This document shows, in pieces, positions 23,907 to 36,377 of a DNA stretch of 64,000 bases (position 1 is its first letter; each line of letters opens with the position of its first letter). Source of the DNA: Nemertoderma westbladi (Eukaryota > Animalia > Xenacoelomorpha); contig JAUCBJ010007484.1 in NCBI GenBank assembly GCA_032718475.1, positions 124,001 through 188,000 of the forward strand, in the 5' to 3' direction. A program made the position numbers and the translations under genes. Under the pieces are notes generated by a model, which ran no database searches, was not told the origin of the DNA, and worked only from the letters and a program-made list of their open reading frames with translations.

Positions 23907-26900
23907 CTAAGGTGCCCCTTCTAGCAGACAGCATTTTCCCACAGCTCTCCTGTAGGTTTTTCTGTCCTTCGCACCTATCTTACCACCTATCCGCACTTCT
24001 ACCGATCGGACTCTTCCGTCCTCGTCGGAGTAAGTGCCTACAACTCTCGCCAACCGCCACTGGTTGTTGATGATAGTATCATCCGTAACGATTACGAGAT
24101 CTCCCTCTCTTAACTCCCTATTTGGCTTCCTCCACTTACTCCTTTTATGGAGTGTGGGTAGGTATTCCTCGACCCAACTCCTCCAATACTCTGCGCTTAT
24201 TGCTTTAGCGACTTTCCAACTTTGGCGGAAGTGTATGTCATCTGGGTCTACACCCCGCATATCGATGGTCACTGGCCTTTCCATCAGGAAATGGCTAGGC
24301 GTCAGCACGTCTAATGACTCAGGGTCATCATTCTCCGGGTATAGCGGTCTGCTATTAATGATCCCCTCGCACTTCGCAAGCACTGTCCGTAAGACGCCCT
24401 CAGTGACCATGTGGGTGTTCATTAGCTTCATCATTAGACGCTTAGAACTGCCCACCAGTCTCTCGACGCATCCTAGTGTATGTGGTGCATACGGCGTCCT
24501 TCTCTCCCACTTTACTTGTCGTCGCCTCATGGCTGCCCTGACTTCTTCTCCTTCCAAGATGTCCAAGGCCTCTGTCATCTCATTCTCTGCGCCCACAAAG
24601 TTGGTGCCGTTGTCGCTGTATATCACTGCGATCGTCCCACCTTTGCGGTCCCTAAATCTTTCTAAGGCATTAATGAATGCTGATGCGGTTGCATCTTGGG
24701 CTAGTTCTATCCCTATCGCCCGCGTGTTGTTGCATACGAAGATGATACCGTAGCGTTTCTCCGTGTGCCGCATCACCTTTATCTTTATCGGCCCGAACAT
24801 GTCCACACCGCAATGCGTAAATGGCGGGTCGTGCTGTCTTACTCTACTCGCTGGTAGTGGCGCCATCTCTTGTATGGCTCGCTCCTTCTTCGCTCGCCGG
24901 CAGGTCTGGCACTGCCCCACCACCGCTTTTACCTTCTTCCTCAACTGTTTGACCCAAAAGGTCCTCCTTATCTCGGTGAGGGTTCAGTTGGTGCCCCCGT
25001 GCAATATCGATTTATGGGAGTCCCAGATAATCTGGTGAACTATTGGCGATCCTGTTGGAATGATGATGGGTTTCGGTGGTACGATTATGCTATTGTTGTA
25101 TCCCACCCTAGAGTTCATTACTAGAATCCCGTCGTCATTAAGTTGTGGCGACAGCGCGATCAGCTCGCTGTCCCGTCGGAGGTGTTGTTGGTTACCGACG
25201 CGTTCTACCTCGTCGCTATAGTTCTTCCGTTGTTCATAGCGGATGATTGCCTTAGCCGCTCCTTCCAGATCTATGGTTGTCCTGATCTTCTTGTCCTTGC
25301 CAACTCCCGCGAGGAAATTCCCGAAGGCTCTCCAGTACGCCACTAGTTTCTTGGTCTTATACCAACTAGAATTGTAGCTGAGGAGTTTATCCGTCGGGTT
25401 ATCGCACAGTTCTCGTTTTGGTTGCACATCCCTAATCTCCCTCACCATCTGGGAGTATATCTCTTCTCCCTCTGAATCTCCCTCTTCTCCTTCTGACACT
25501 GCTTTTGAGCCCGGGTCCACCTTTTTCATTGGCGGCCAGGCCTCCTTATCGCTCAGAAATTGTGGCCCATGTTGCCACAATACTTCCTTCTTCAAGAAAG
25601 TGTGGCGTACCACGCCCCTCGACAATAAGTCCGCTGGGTTCTCGTCCGTTGGGCAGTAGTGCCACCTTTCCAGTTCTGTGCTCGCCGTTATTTCGTCCAC
25701 TCTATTTGCGACGAATATTGGGTATCTCATCCTTTCGTTATGTAGCCAACCAAGTACTACCATGGAGTCCGTCCAGTAGTGTGTCTCCACTATGTTGGGA
25801 ATAGTATCCACTAGGTAGGCTGTGGCTCTAACTCATAGTTTCGCAGCTGTCAATTCTAATTTGGGAACTGATGCTGAATCTGGCGGCGTTGACTTTGCTT
25901 TGCTAAAGGCTAGTCTGGGCTTATGAGCCCCCTCTCGTTGTACTAAGTAGAGTGCCGCTCCGTACGCCTCCAACGACGCATCGGAGAACATGTGTAGGTC
26001 CAGGTTCGTCATGTTCCCATCCGGGAAATACACTCGTGGCATGTTGTATGTTCCCATCTTCTCCAAGTCTCCTGTCCACTTACTCCATTGTTTCTTGATT
26101 TCCTCTGGTACCTCTACGTCCCACTCATCCTTCAATTTGTATACTCTCTTGAGTATCTGTTTCCCCGTAACTAATAATGGGGATGCTAGGCCTAGGGGAT
26201 CGTATGTCCTTGCTATATACGATACATAGCCCCTCTTCGTGTGGATGTCTGCACCCGCCTTGCTCAGCTGATACTTCAGTTCGTCTGTCTCTCTGTTCCA
26301 CACGATTCCCAATGCCTTCTGTTGAGATTCTGTTCTCTTATTCGCCATGTCCTGCCCTTTGGCTGTCGTGGGATTATCCATGGTCGATTTTGGTCTCTTG
26401 TCCTCTATCGCCTTGATAAATTCTTCCGAACTGGATTGGAATTTGGTCAGGTTAAAGCCGGATCCTTTCAGGATGTCGCGAACCTCGCGCCCCGTGTCCA
26501 GTATCTCCTTAACCGTATTTCCAGACTCCATTCCGTCGTCTACGTAGAAGCCACGTCAACTCATATCGACGGCCCTAGTGCTGTATCTATCTTCCTTCCC
26601 CTTCACTGTGTCTCTGACTGCCATAGTCGTCGTAAATGAAGACGACTTGGCTCCCATGTTCTGTACTACCATCTTATATGCCGGTATTATCGACGGTTCT
26701 TCCTCGCCGTTATACCATAAGAAGCGCTGACTGTCGCTATCTTCCTCCGTTACACGGACTTGGTTGAACATGCCTTCTATGTCACACGTGAAGGCGTGTT
26801 TCCCATTCCTAAATCTAAGTAGCACCTCTATGCCCGAATTGTATATGTTTGGGCCTTCTAACAGGTAGTCGTTTAAGCATTTTCCGTCGGTCTTTGCCGA

Positions 26901-28478
26901 TGCGTCGACTACCATCCGTAGTTTACCTTTCTTTGGGTCTAAAGCCACGTGGAGTGGCAGGTAATATGTCCTGTCCGTGTTCGGCTTGTCGACTGGTAAC
27001 TCCACGGCCCATCCTTTCTCGACGTACTTCTTAATCGTTCTGTGGATGTACTCATTCTTCTCGGGGCTCCGTTTTAGTGTTTGTTTCAGCTTGCGGAGTC
27101 TCGTGAGTACCATCCCTCTATTATCGGGCAGCGGTATCTTCGGTAGTTTCCATACCATTCCTATAGTATACCGCCCCTCATTGCATGTCATCGATTCCTC
27201 CACGCTTTGTAAAGCCTGCTTGTCTTCTACCGAGGTCCCGACCCCGGTCTCCTTTAGTCCCTCGAAATCTGGCCTGAGCAGTCTTTTGAGCTGCTCCTCT
27301 GCTCCCTCATCACCCATTTCCTGCATTGTTCCCGCGAACATGCATCCTGATGTCTCCGACATCCTAAATGGTATCTTACTCTTGATTGGACCACTCAGCG
27401 TCCACCCGAATGGTGTTAATATCGCCACCGGGTCACACTGCTTGTCTTCGCCGAAGACCGTTTGCATTCTTTCGTGGGCCGTTGGGCAGTCCATTCCTAC
27501 TATAATGGATACCTTCCTAACGTCCACATGTGGGATTGAGAAGTCAATGTCGTCCAGGAACTTATATTGCTCGACCTCGATGTTGGTTGGCCGCCTGGCA
27601 TTGATATTAATTGACTCTATCACTTGGATGGGGTCGATGGTTGCCCCATAGTCGCATCCCGGTGCCACTGCTGCAATTGCGCACCGTCCTGTTCTCATCT
27701 CCAGGATCTCATCTTTGATAGAGATGGTTGTTACCGCCATTCTGCTTGGCCTCATTCTCAATCCTATCTCTTCGGCCACCCATTCCTCGACTAATGTGAA
27801 GGCAGCTCCACTATCAACCAGCATTAGTGTTGTTACTGATCGATTGCCTTCCCCAATCACTCGCACGGGTACTACTCCAAGTAACACCGTTCCTCTCTTC
27901 TTCGCCCCTACTGTGCTCGTCGCCATCGTCTGGCCTCTCCTCTGACCAAATTTTACCGGCTTCTCCTTGCACTCCCTTGCTCTATGTCCACTCATTACAC
28001 ATCGCGAGCAGATTTTGTTGCTCAATGCATAATCTATCTGATCTTGCCTAGGTAGCGCCTGCCAGTACCTGCAGTTCATGGTTTGATGAAGCGCATTTGC
28101 GTGTAGCTGGCATTTGCTCTTTGGGTCGTAGCCCTCTTTATACAGTGCATTACGTATCGCAGCTGCGTTTGTACCAAAGTCCCTACTATTCTTATTGTTT
28201 GGATTCGGCCTACTGGACGTACTGGGGTTATATTTATTCGTGTTGTTATTGTTCCCCTGTCCGTTCCATGGTGTTGTCTTATCTTCGGCTAGCTGTGGAC
28301 TTGCAGTCCCCTGCGTCGCTGCATATGGCAATGATTGCCTGAGCCTCGGTAATGCGTTTGATGTATTGTGCTCTGGTTTCGGTCTATGGTAATCCGTCTT
28401 CGGTCCCTTTCCCAGGCTATCTTCGCTATAGACTGGGTCAGTTATTAGTTCAGCCTCGTAGTTTAAGAAGCTTGACAT
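23907..28478 (-). pseudogene. pol: E2 gag C-terminus plus pol (protease, RT, RNase H, integrase) with in-frame stops
   Basis: Zinc knuckle CSRCVMSGHRAREC; PR LVDSGA; RT YYLPLH, LRMVVDAS, DIEGMF, FYVDD; RH FSDASLEAYG, PKLEL, WTDS, NPADLLSRG; INT GVDMFGP, SDNGTNF, ERLV. Four track ORFs share one frame, separated by TGA at 26556, 25833 and 24984. Confidence 0.95.
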
Positions 28479-31400
28479 TTCTTCTAAACCCGGTTCCGCA
28501 CCCTTCTTGTCTCGAGTGGAGAAAGCGATCTTCCTCCACTTGTTGCGCAGCTAGTTTGGTAGTGCCTGTGCTATCGTGGTGATGTTATTGGACGCGTTGA
28601 GCTCGTATGGCGCGTCTAGCGTCTTCAGCACGATTAGCGCCTTTTCGACCTTGTTAGCGAACGTCTTAATGCTAACGGGATTATCCTGTAGGCCACCCGA
28701 TGTTATGCCTCTCAGTGTCTGTCTGATGATCTTGGCCGGGTGCCCGTATTCCCTATCCAGTGCCCGCCATGCTGTCGTGAAGCCGCCCTCTATTCCTTGA
28801 TATTGCCTCACGATGTCGTATGCTGGGCCTCCTGTGTATACTTGCAGATACTTTAGGCACTCCGCCTGCGTCAAGTTTTTTGTAATTATTTCGTTACTAT
28901 ACATGCGCCGAAACTGTAGATATTCTTCCGGCCTACTCCCATCGAATTTGAATGGTTCCACGGGTGGTAACTCGATCCTCGTTTTCAATGCATCGATCAA
29001 CGTGGCCATCCCCATCGCCTGCACTTCCAATGGGTTCAATGGATGCTGTATAGTTTCTCCTGTCTGGTGCGGTTCGTCCGTCCTATTTCTTGATCTTCTT
29101 TGACTTGGGTATGTCATCGGGGGTAGCGGCCCCCTCCATATCTCTGTGTCACACGACCTATTTTCATCCAAGGGTCTCGTTGTTCTCGCTCCTATCGGGG
29201 TATATTGTTGATATTGTGATGGGGGAATGTCACCCTGTCCCCCCCCCCCACCGGTATGTTTGGTACTGGGGTTGATGTTAATATGTTGGGGCCCATACAC
29301 CTATCCGCAATAATTCCCCCCTCCCCTGGGTATATGTTATGTCCCTGCATGCTGTAGTCATACTGCTGTACTGGTACCGGTATAGGCCTATCAACTTCTG
29401 GCCTACTCGTCGGTATGTATTCCGCGACTTCCGGGTTTAATCCCATTGTCCGCGCTATCCTATCCCCTACATTGCCTCTCTCAGTATGGCCTATGGTATG
29501 TGCAGTAAGGCCTACAGTATGTCATACAGTCTGCATGTGTTGCTCGGGATCGAAGTTTATTCTTCTCGAATAATCCTCCCCGCGGCTACCGTATTCTCGA
29601 TCGGTAGGTACATTCCGTCGGAAAGTTTCTCTTCGACCTCCCTCTCTACTGTTCTCATCTTCGTACCGGTACATCGTGTACCCTTCCATCGGCGCGTAAT
29701 GCACCTCGCCAGGTCGCATCTCTCCGGGGCGACGGCAATCTCCCGGAGTCCGACCCCACTGACTCTCCGTTCTCATCTCGACTACCGACGGCTCGCTATC
29801 TGTCCTCACTCTTCTATCGTTCGCGGCGATACTTTTACTACTGTCTTCTCTTCTTCTCCTTTCAGTGTAGTATTCCCGCTCGTGAGATCTCTCGTCGACC
29901 TCCCGGTTAAACCCCACTGTTCTTCTTCCCTCTTCTGATCGGGCTCGACGCTTCGTCCGCCCTCTCACAACGTCAACCTGTCTCTCTCTGCTCGGTCGCA
30001 CGCCGCTGGGGATACTCACAATCCCCCTATTACTCTCCGTCGCCGGGTGTTGCGGTTTACCTATTTCGGCCCGCGCATTATCCGCTGACGGCTGTGGAGC
30101 TCTCCCTGCCCCCCCCCCTTTCGCCGCTAACTCGCTGTTGTGGGGCCCCTGTAGCCCCCCCCCCCCCCCCCCACTCGCCATATCTAACTTCGCCATCCCT
30201 CACCCCGCTACTATATCCCTCTCTAGTCGACACATCTACCCTACCGCGGTCGGGTCTATTCACCCCCGCCTCTCCCTCTGCTATTGCGTGGCCTACCAGG
30301 CCCTCTACTCCCTGCCTACCAACTACGTGGCCTTCCAGGCCCCCACCGGGTCTATCCAACCCAGCCGCTCCCTGCCTACCAACTACGTGGCCTACCAGGC
30401 CCTCTCTGGGTTGGCTCAATCCCGCCACCTCCGACCTACCAATTGTACGGCCTACCAGGCCCCCGTCTGCCCAGCCATACACGCCCGACGTGTTCACGTT
30501 AATAGCACCCACATTGGAAACGGAATTAATTTGTTCGTTTGAAACAAAATCATTTGAATTATTTTGTAAATTCGGACTTGGATCATTATTTAAATTATTT
30601 GAATTATTTTGCACGTTCAAATTGAAATTATTATTTGTACTTAAATTTAAATTACTGCTACTGGGTAAAGCATTATTTGCTGCAATAAAGGTTTGGTTAG
30701 AGTTATCCCATACGGTACTATTAATATTAACGACGTCTACTATAGCATTATTATTACCCCCCCCGCCCGTACGGTCACACCAGTCTTGGGTCTGTCGTGC
30801 GGTCCCTGTAAGTGGGGTATTAATAAATGTATCCACGGCCCCTGGCTCCTCGAAAATACTCGAGCTAGCCCCACTCTCAGACGCCCCTACTCGCGCCAGT
30901 TCCCGCTCGCGCGTATGTACAGCTTTGTACCCTGTAAGCTCACCCTGACGTTTCTCTAGTTCCTTTTGCTCACACTCCTTCCTTGCCATTCTCTCCTTAC
31001 ACTCCCGTGCGTTCCGTTCGGCCAATTCCAACTCTCTTCTAGCCCCCTCCCTTCGTCTCGCCTCATGCTCTCAGTATTCGTTTTCCTTTCTCTCCTCGCG
31101 CTCTCTGCACTCGTTTTCCTCTTTCGCCTCACGTTCCCTACTTTCCGCCTCACGCTCCCTACGTTCCGCCTCACGCTCTCCGCGCTCATTTTTCTCTCTC
31201 GCCTCGCGCTCTTCTTGTTCCTTCCTCCCTACTTCCTCACACTCCCTAAGGCTTCTCGCGGCCCTTTCGGCCCTCTCCCCGGTTTCCTTAATCAACGCCA
31301 TTTCCCTCTCTAGCAGCACTCTCCCCTCCTCTAACCGTCTACCTACTTCCCTTTGACCTTGCTCTATTAGATTGAGACGGTACGCGGCATTTATATCTCT

Positions 31401-32312
31401 CACCCGTCTTTCTTTCACAGAGGATGTAGCAGACTTATCGGTTGTAACGGATTCCCTCCGCCTCCCCGTCCTACTAACCTTCCCCCGCCTCCCGGAACTT
31501 CCTCCGACCGACGAGGCTGAATCCTCGGGGTTAACCTCGGATTCGTCCTCCTCAGGTCTCTCCCAACCCACTAATTTTACTCCCCGGGCATCGACTAAGT
31601 ACGGCCCTACGTACACTACGCTAGGTTCTATACCCCCATACCGCCACAAGTCATACAGTTCCTCGGCAACCCCTCTTGCTCTCTCCTCGGCCAGTCCTCT
31701 TTGCCCGAAGCGCATTAGATAATAAAAGTGTCTATTCGACTCACCTAGTCTTCTCTTTAGTTTTACCTTGTCTATTGTCGCCCCTCCTCTGGCCTCCTCT
31801 AATAGTCTCCGGGTCGCATTGTAGGCCCGTCGAAGTCAATCAGAAACCCCGACGTCCTCGTCGCCGACCTCTCGTCCGTCTCTCCGGGTCCGGCGTCGTA
31901 CCGTCGGCCCCACCGTCGCCGTTTCGGTGGGCCGCTCGTCGCTCTCAGCCCGTGGCTGGCCGGCGACATCGGTACCGACATCTCCTCCATCTCTTTGGGT
32001 CCGGCGTCGTACCGTCGGCCCCACCATCGCCGTTTCGGTGGGCCGCTCGTCGCCCTCGGCCTGTGGCTGGCCGGCGACATCGGTACGTCGACCCACGTCT
32101 CGTGTCGACTCGTCTCCATCTCCCTCCGTCTCGCTCTCTCCTTCTCTTGGCTCGACCTCGGGTTCCAGGCGGCCCCCCTCATCCTGGACTGCCGGATGAC
32201 CCGTTACCGATGGGTCCGGCGTTGTGGGCCTGTACCGCCTGGTTGCGGCCTCGCGGATCGTTGATTCTTCGTCCGGGGTCCGCGTCGGCGTTGTCTCTCT
32301 CAACTGGCTCAT
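28479..32312 (-). pseudogene. gag: E2 gag with long N-terminal extension (coiled coil, Asn-rich tract, DUF1759-like domain)
   Basis: Track ORFs from 31836-32312 down to 28551-29300; FDGSRPEEYLQFRRMY...KYLQVYTGGPA...LDREYG; homologous to E3 gag. Confidence 0.85.
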
Positions 32313-32375
32313 CTCGCTTGGTGGTTGGTGGCTGGTGGTTTAGCTGGCTAGGGGAACAGTTCCGATTTTAATTAC

Positions 32376-32926
32376 TGTGACGGGATCCAGGAAGGATCCC
32401 GATTTATCCGGTTGTTTAATTCACTCGTCCCCGCCGTGTGTATGAAAGGTAAAAAAGGGAATCCGTGTCGTTCGTTGTATATAATAACTGATATAGATAT
32501 AGGGTATATAGATATAGGTGTACGGATAATGTTGTCGTATACAGAAGGCGGGATACGGTAATTAAAGTCCCGGTCCTTCCCTAGCTAAACTAACTAACCT
32601 AAACTAGCACCAATATTACACTGAGATAACTGAACTGATATGATTACTGCCAAGTGGCTATATTGCACGGTTGGCCTTGTTACTCTACCTAATCGATGCC
32701 TTTCCCCCCTCTGATTGGTTGATACCCTTGTTGGCGCCCTTTGGAGTGTTTCCGTTCACTCCACCTGTTCTCTCTGGGTTAGGGGTTTGGCCCCTGACCC
32801 TCATTGTGTGTTTCCTTCCCATTTTGTTGGGGTGGCACGAGTTGGTTGATTACCCAATCTCGTGGCTCCCAATATTGCTTATCGGCTTAACTTTATGGGG
32901 TGTTAGCGGGATTGAATAAGCTAACA
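32376..32926 (-). repeat. E2 5' LTR
   Basis: Direct repeat of 18886-19440. Confidence 0.97.
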
Positions 32927-34050
32927 CCATCGTTACATAGATGTAGTCCCGTCGATCCGGATTATCCCAGCATTGGTGGATCGTCCACTTCCTATCTACA
33001 TCCTTCCAACGGTTCTCCCGCTCGTGATGTATCGCTAAATCCGGATGCGCGCCGTAGATTTTATTGTAGTCCGGGAACTTCTGTGGTTTAAAATCTAAAC
33101 CGCCATTTAGCACCGCTAGGTAGCCGATACCGGATTTGGTCCATCTCACCTCTCTAAACCCACCCTTAAAGGCAGTGACCCGTAACCAGGCCAGCAGGGT
33201 TTGGGTGTCAATGAAGTGGCTGATCACGCTAATATCCTCTCTATGGTTACTTTTGAATGGAGCGTTGATGTAATCGTTTCAGAGGTCGGCCTTTATATCT
33301 GACCCGATTTTGATAATATCGAAGTCAATCCAATCAATCTGGCTGTCCGTATCTCTTGTTGGGGTGTCGGGAAGATTCGGCACACTAACACCAACCCGTC
33401 CAGGGTTCCGAGGATGACGATTAGCGACCGACTGTACTCTTTTGTCCCGTATTTCTCTTTATAGTCGTCTCGGTTTTGGATGACTGTCATTCGTTCCTCT
33501 CGCAGCGTCGCCGTACATTCCACCAGGTTTCCCCAGTGTGCGAGATATGTACTCTTATCGTCGATGAAACTCTGACATCGCGCCATTGTAACCGCCTTCG
33601 GAGTTGGCGTCGCGTTGCCCTCGTTGTCGTATATCAAGCACCGGGATTTGTAAACGCTTCGCCGGAACGTATCCCAAAATGACAACTCTCCTCCTCCAGT
33701 TGCCTCAGCGTTCCGAGTCCTTTTCAGGCTCGTACTAGCATTGGACAACCAGAGCGCCTGCAGGTTACGGGTATCCGGGACCTCCCTCCGGGAGAAACGA
33801 ATGACTCACACATTCTTGCTCAACAGGTCGTTCCATTTCACATCAAAACTAGGAGATCCAGGCTGTGGATAGTCCAATAAATCAATTGTAGTACGTAATT
33901 CGCCAAGAATCTGGCGATTCGGGTCCAATTTGTAAATTACGTCGTTACAAATTAATTCAGTTAATTATAAATCCAGAAAGTCTGATTCTATAGCGACTGC
34001 AGAATAGTTATTTTTAATGTAGTTAATATTATTGATATATAGGCATCTAT
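32927..34050 (-). pseudogene. E1 accessory ORF, N-terminal exonuclease-like half; degraded
   Basis: GSPSFD...FRRSVYKSRCLIYDNEG...IVILGTLDGLVLV...KSG...FIDTQ...GIGYLAVLNGGLDFKP matches E2 GTPSLD...FIESVNRGGYMILDDEG...LLHLAAPNGDIFL...KVG...LLDMQ...GAVAMGQLLGLVCHKP. It joins 18885 across the E2 TSD. Confidence 0.75.
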
Positions 34051-34539
34051 CATCTTATTGGTACTACATTCAGTATTACAGTTACTATAGCTATACATTA
34101 TTATCCAACCAGTTTTTTTGACTTTTTATGTCCGCTTCTTTTTTAAATTCTTTTTCTATTCTACATTTTATACCTTTTTTCTCTTTTTTATTTCTATAGT
34201 TTATTCATTTCACATTTCATTATTTCTTTCACATTTCATCATTTATTCCACCATTTCATTGGGGTTATAGCCCCCCGGCTATCATCATTGGTTATAAGCG
34301 CAAGACACCAGGGATGCGCATCATCACATTTTCATCATCATAAAAGTACGCGTCATCATTCAGTTTATAGTTGAGTTATCTGTTTCTTTTCATCATTTCG
34401 TACTACATTCAATCATCTTATTGGGAATTTTTCGTTGTGGAAGGGGTGTTACGCGGCAGTCTGGGATCTACAGCTGGACTCGTTACACCGCCTATGCCCA
34501 AACTGCTCACGTAATGGACAATGAATATAACGCTGGAAG

Positions 34540-34713
34540 TGAAGTCACGTGGAATGCACCAGGGACCCACCACAATAACACTCCCAGAAACATAAAGCTC
34601 AGCCGACGAAGTCAAGTGGAATGCACCAGGGACCCACCAGAAACGTGGCTGAGGGACATAAAGTCTCTATCGACGAAGTCATGTGGAATGCACCATGGAC
34701 CCACCAGAATAAC
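34540..34713. repeat. Three spaced direct repeats
   Basis: GAAGTCA(C/A/T)GTGGAATGCACCA(G/T)GGACCCACCA at ~34541, ~34609 and ~34675, with unrelated spacers. Confidence 0.8.
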
Positions 34714-34725
34714 GCAATAGAGGGG

Positions 34726-34820
34726 GTGTCCCTCGAAACAGGAAAAGGGCCCCCTGGACTGACAACAAAATCCAGAAGTGCCGAAATGACCTATATAAGG
34801 CGCAAAAAGAGTCCCGACTC
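34726..34820 (+). mobile_element. Short RTE LINE fragment
   Basis: Matches 53841-53935 (AAACAGGAAAAGGGCCCCCTGGACTGACAACAAAAT...GAGTCCCGACTC). Confidence 0.85.
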
Positions 34821-36015
34821 TGTTGTGTTGTTGCATACCAGCCATATTGTAAAATGATCAATTGTTACAAACTGATTACAGGATTCTATTAATACAAACT
34901 CAGGTCCTGACTGATAACTAAACAGCACAAACGTAACAGCACAAACGGTATATACCTAAAACAGTACACACCCCTGTACACCTACAACACACCAGTAACA
35001 TGAAGTATATAGGACGACTTAGATCCCTCTACAGTACAAACCATAACCCATCATCTCCCTTTAAAAATTTTTTTTTTATTAAAAAAAAATTGATGATATT
35101 AATAATTATTTCAAATAGAAAAACGGACAGGTTTTCTTGCTCTAACACTCCGCCGAAGAATTGATTTAGGAACTTTATTTTTTTGTAGTGGCCCCAAGGT
35201 TTGTGTTGCAATGTATGGAGTTATTATTTCAGAATTATCCTTCTGGGGACGCAATAATCGGCGATTACGCCGCAGGACTCGGCCGGATGGAAACTTGATA
35301 TGATAATCACGTTTCTCTCCACGATCTATCACTATTCCAACTCTCGACCATCGTTTGGATCTTGGATTCTGTACCAAGTCCTTTGTTCCAATATCCAACT
35401 CTGGAAGGGAATGTGCATTCGCATCATAACGTAATTTAGCTGATTTGGATGCCCGCCAAGCCCTTTCATCAGCTTCTTTCGCATCAATCTGCCATTCTTT
35501 ATCGAAAGCCCAATAATGCAAAGGGACACAAGAACGGAGGGGGTGACCAAAAACCATCTGACTTGGAGATCGCCCATCTACGTAATTCTAATAATCCTTT
35601 AAGAAATGGTTCTGTATCAATCCTTCCATTGTCAGCCTTAGCTACTAATTGCTTAATAACTTTAACGGAAACTTCCGCATGTCCGTTGGATTGTGGGTAC
35701 TCGGGCAATGATGGTACCCACTCAACACCCCAACGGTCTAGAAAATCTCTAAATAATTTTGATGCATACTGAGGACCCCCATCAGTTCGAATCCGCACAG
35801 GAACACCTGTTCGAACAAAATATTCCTGGATTTTACAATAACTTGAGCTGCAGTTGGATCCTCATGCCAGCTGGTAACAAAAGGATACCCAAACAATCTA
35901 TCTACATACACCATATACATGGATCCTTCATAGTGGAATAAATCTGATGATACCGATTCAAATATTCGGGATGGAATCGGATCAGAAATTAAGGGCTCCT
36001 TTACATTACTAGGAA
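34821..36015 (-). mobile_element. Truncated Gypsy element: degraded integrase, PPT and 3' LTR (34821-35053)
   Basis: MVYVDRLFGYP, IRTDGGPQYAS, YPQSNGHAEVSVK, GRVLRRNRRLLR; PPT AAAGGGAGA then LTR TGATG...CAACA. Confidence 0.85.
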
Positions 36016-36377
36016 GTCAAAATTGGAATTTCTCACATGATTCGGTTATTCGTTTTATCTCGTTATCTATCCTGGAGCAACAAACCGAATACCGCCTATG
36101 CCCCAAACTGCACACGTAATGGAAAACACAGGACAAACATAATGGACACAATGAATTCCATTTCGAAACTTTCCCATTTCCGATAATACAAGGTAGTTGG
36201 TCCTGATGACCAAAATCCGGGTGAACAAAACATAAACTACCCTGCGTCAGTCGAAACATCTGCAGGGTGATGCTGGACTCCATATAACACATGAGGAAAC
36301 ACAAATACCATGCGTGGTTACAGTTGGTTTAAGGGGGGTCCATAATCATTGTCGGTAAGTCACATTTAAAGAGTTTT

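Larger units (their letters stand above)
18886..32926 (-). mobile_element. Full-length BEL/Pao LTR retrotransposon E2 with extra ORF
   Basis: LTRs 18886-19440 and 32376-32926 differ by one substitution and a 4-bp indel; TG..CA ends; TSD CCATC at 18881-18885 and 32927-32931; PPT at 19441-19450. Confidence 0.97.

Noticed and set aside
24984-28553. Stop-codon reassignment or programmed readthrough in E2 pol
   Set aside because: The stops are mixed TGA/TAG at positions expecting different residues; E3 has TGG at the 28551 site; neighbouring E4 reads normally with the standard code.
29238-30172. Programmed frameshifts in E2 gag
   Set aside because: Frame changes coincide with long C/G homopolymers, so they are more likely slippage or sequencing error.
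20424-32371. Many overlapping or antisense ORFs within E2 (likewise E3 and E4)
   Set aside because: Shadow frames of GC-rich coding sequence with no independent motifs.
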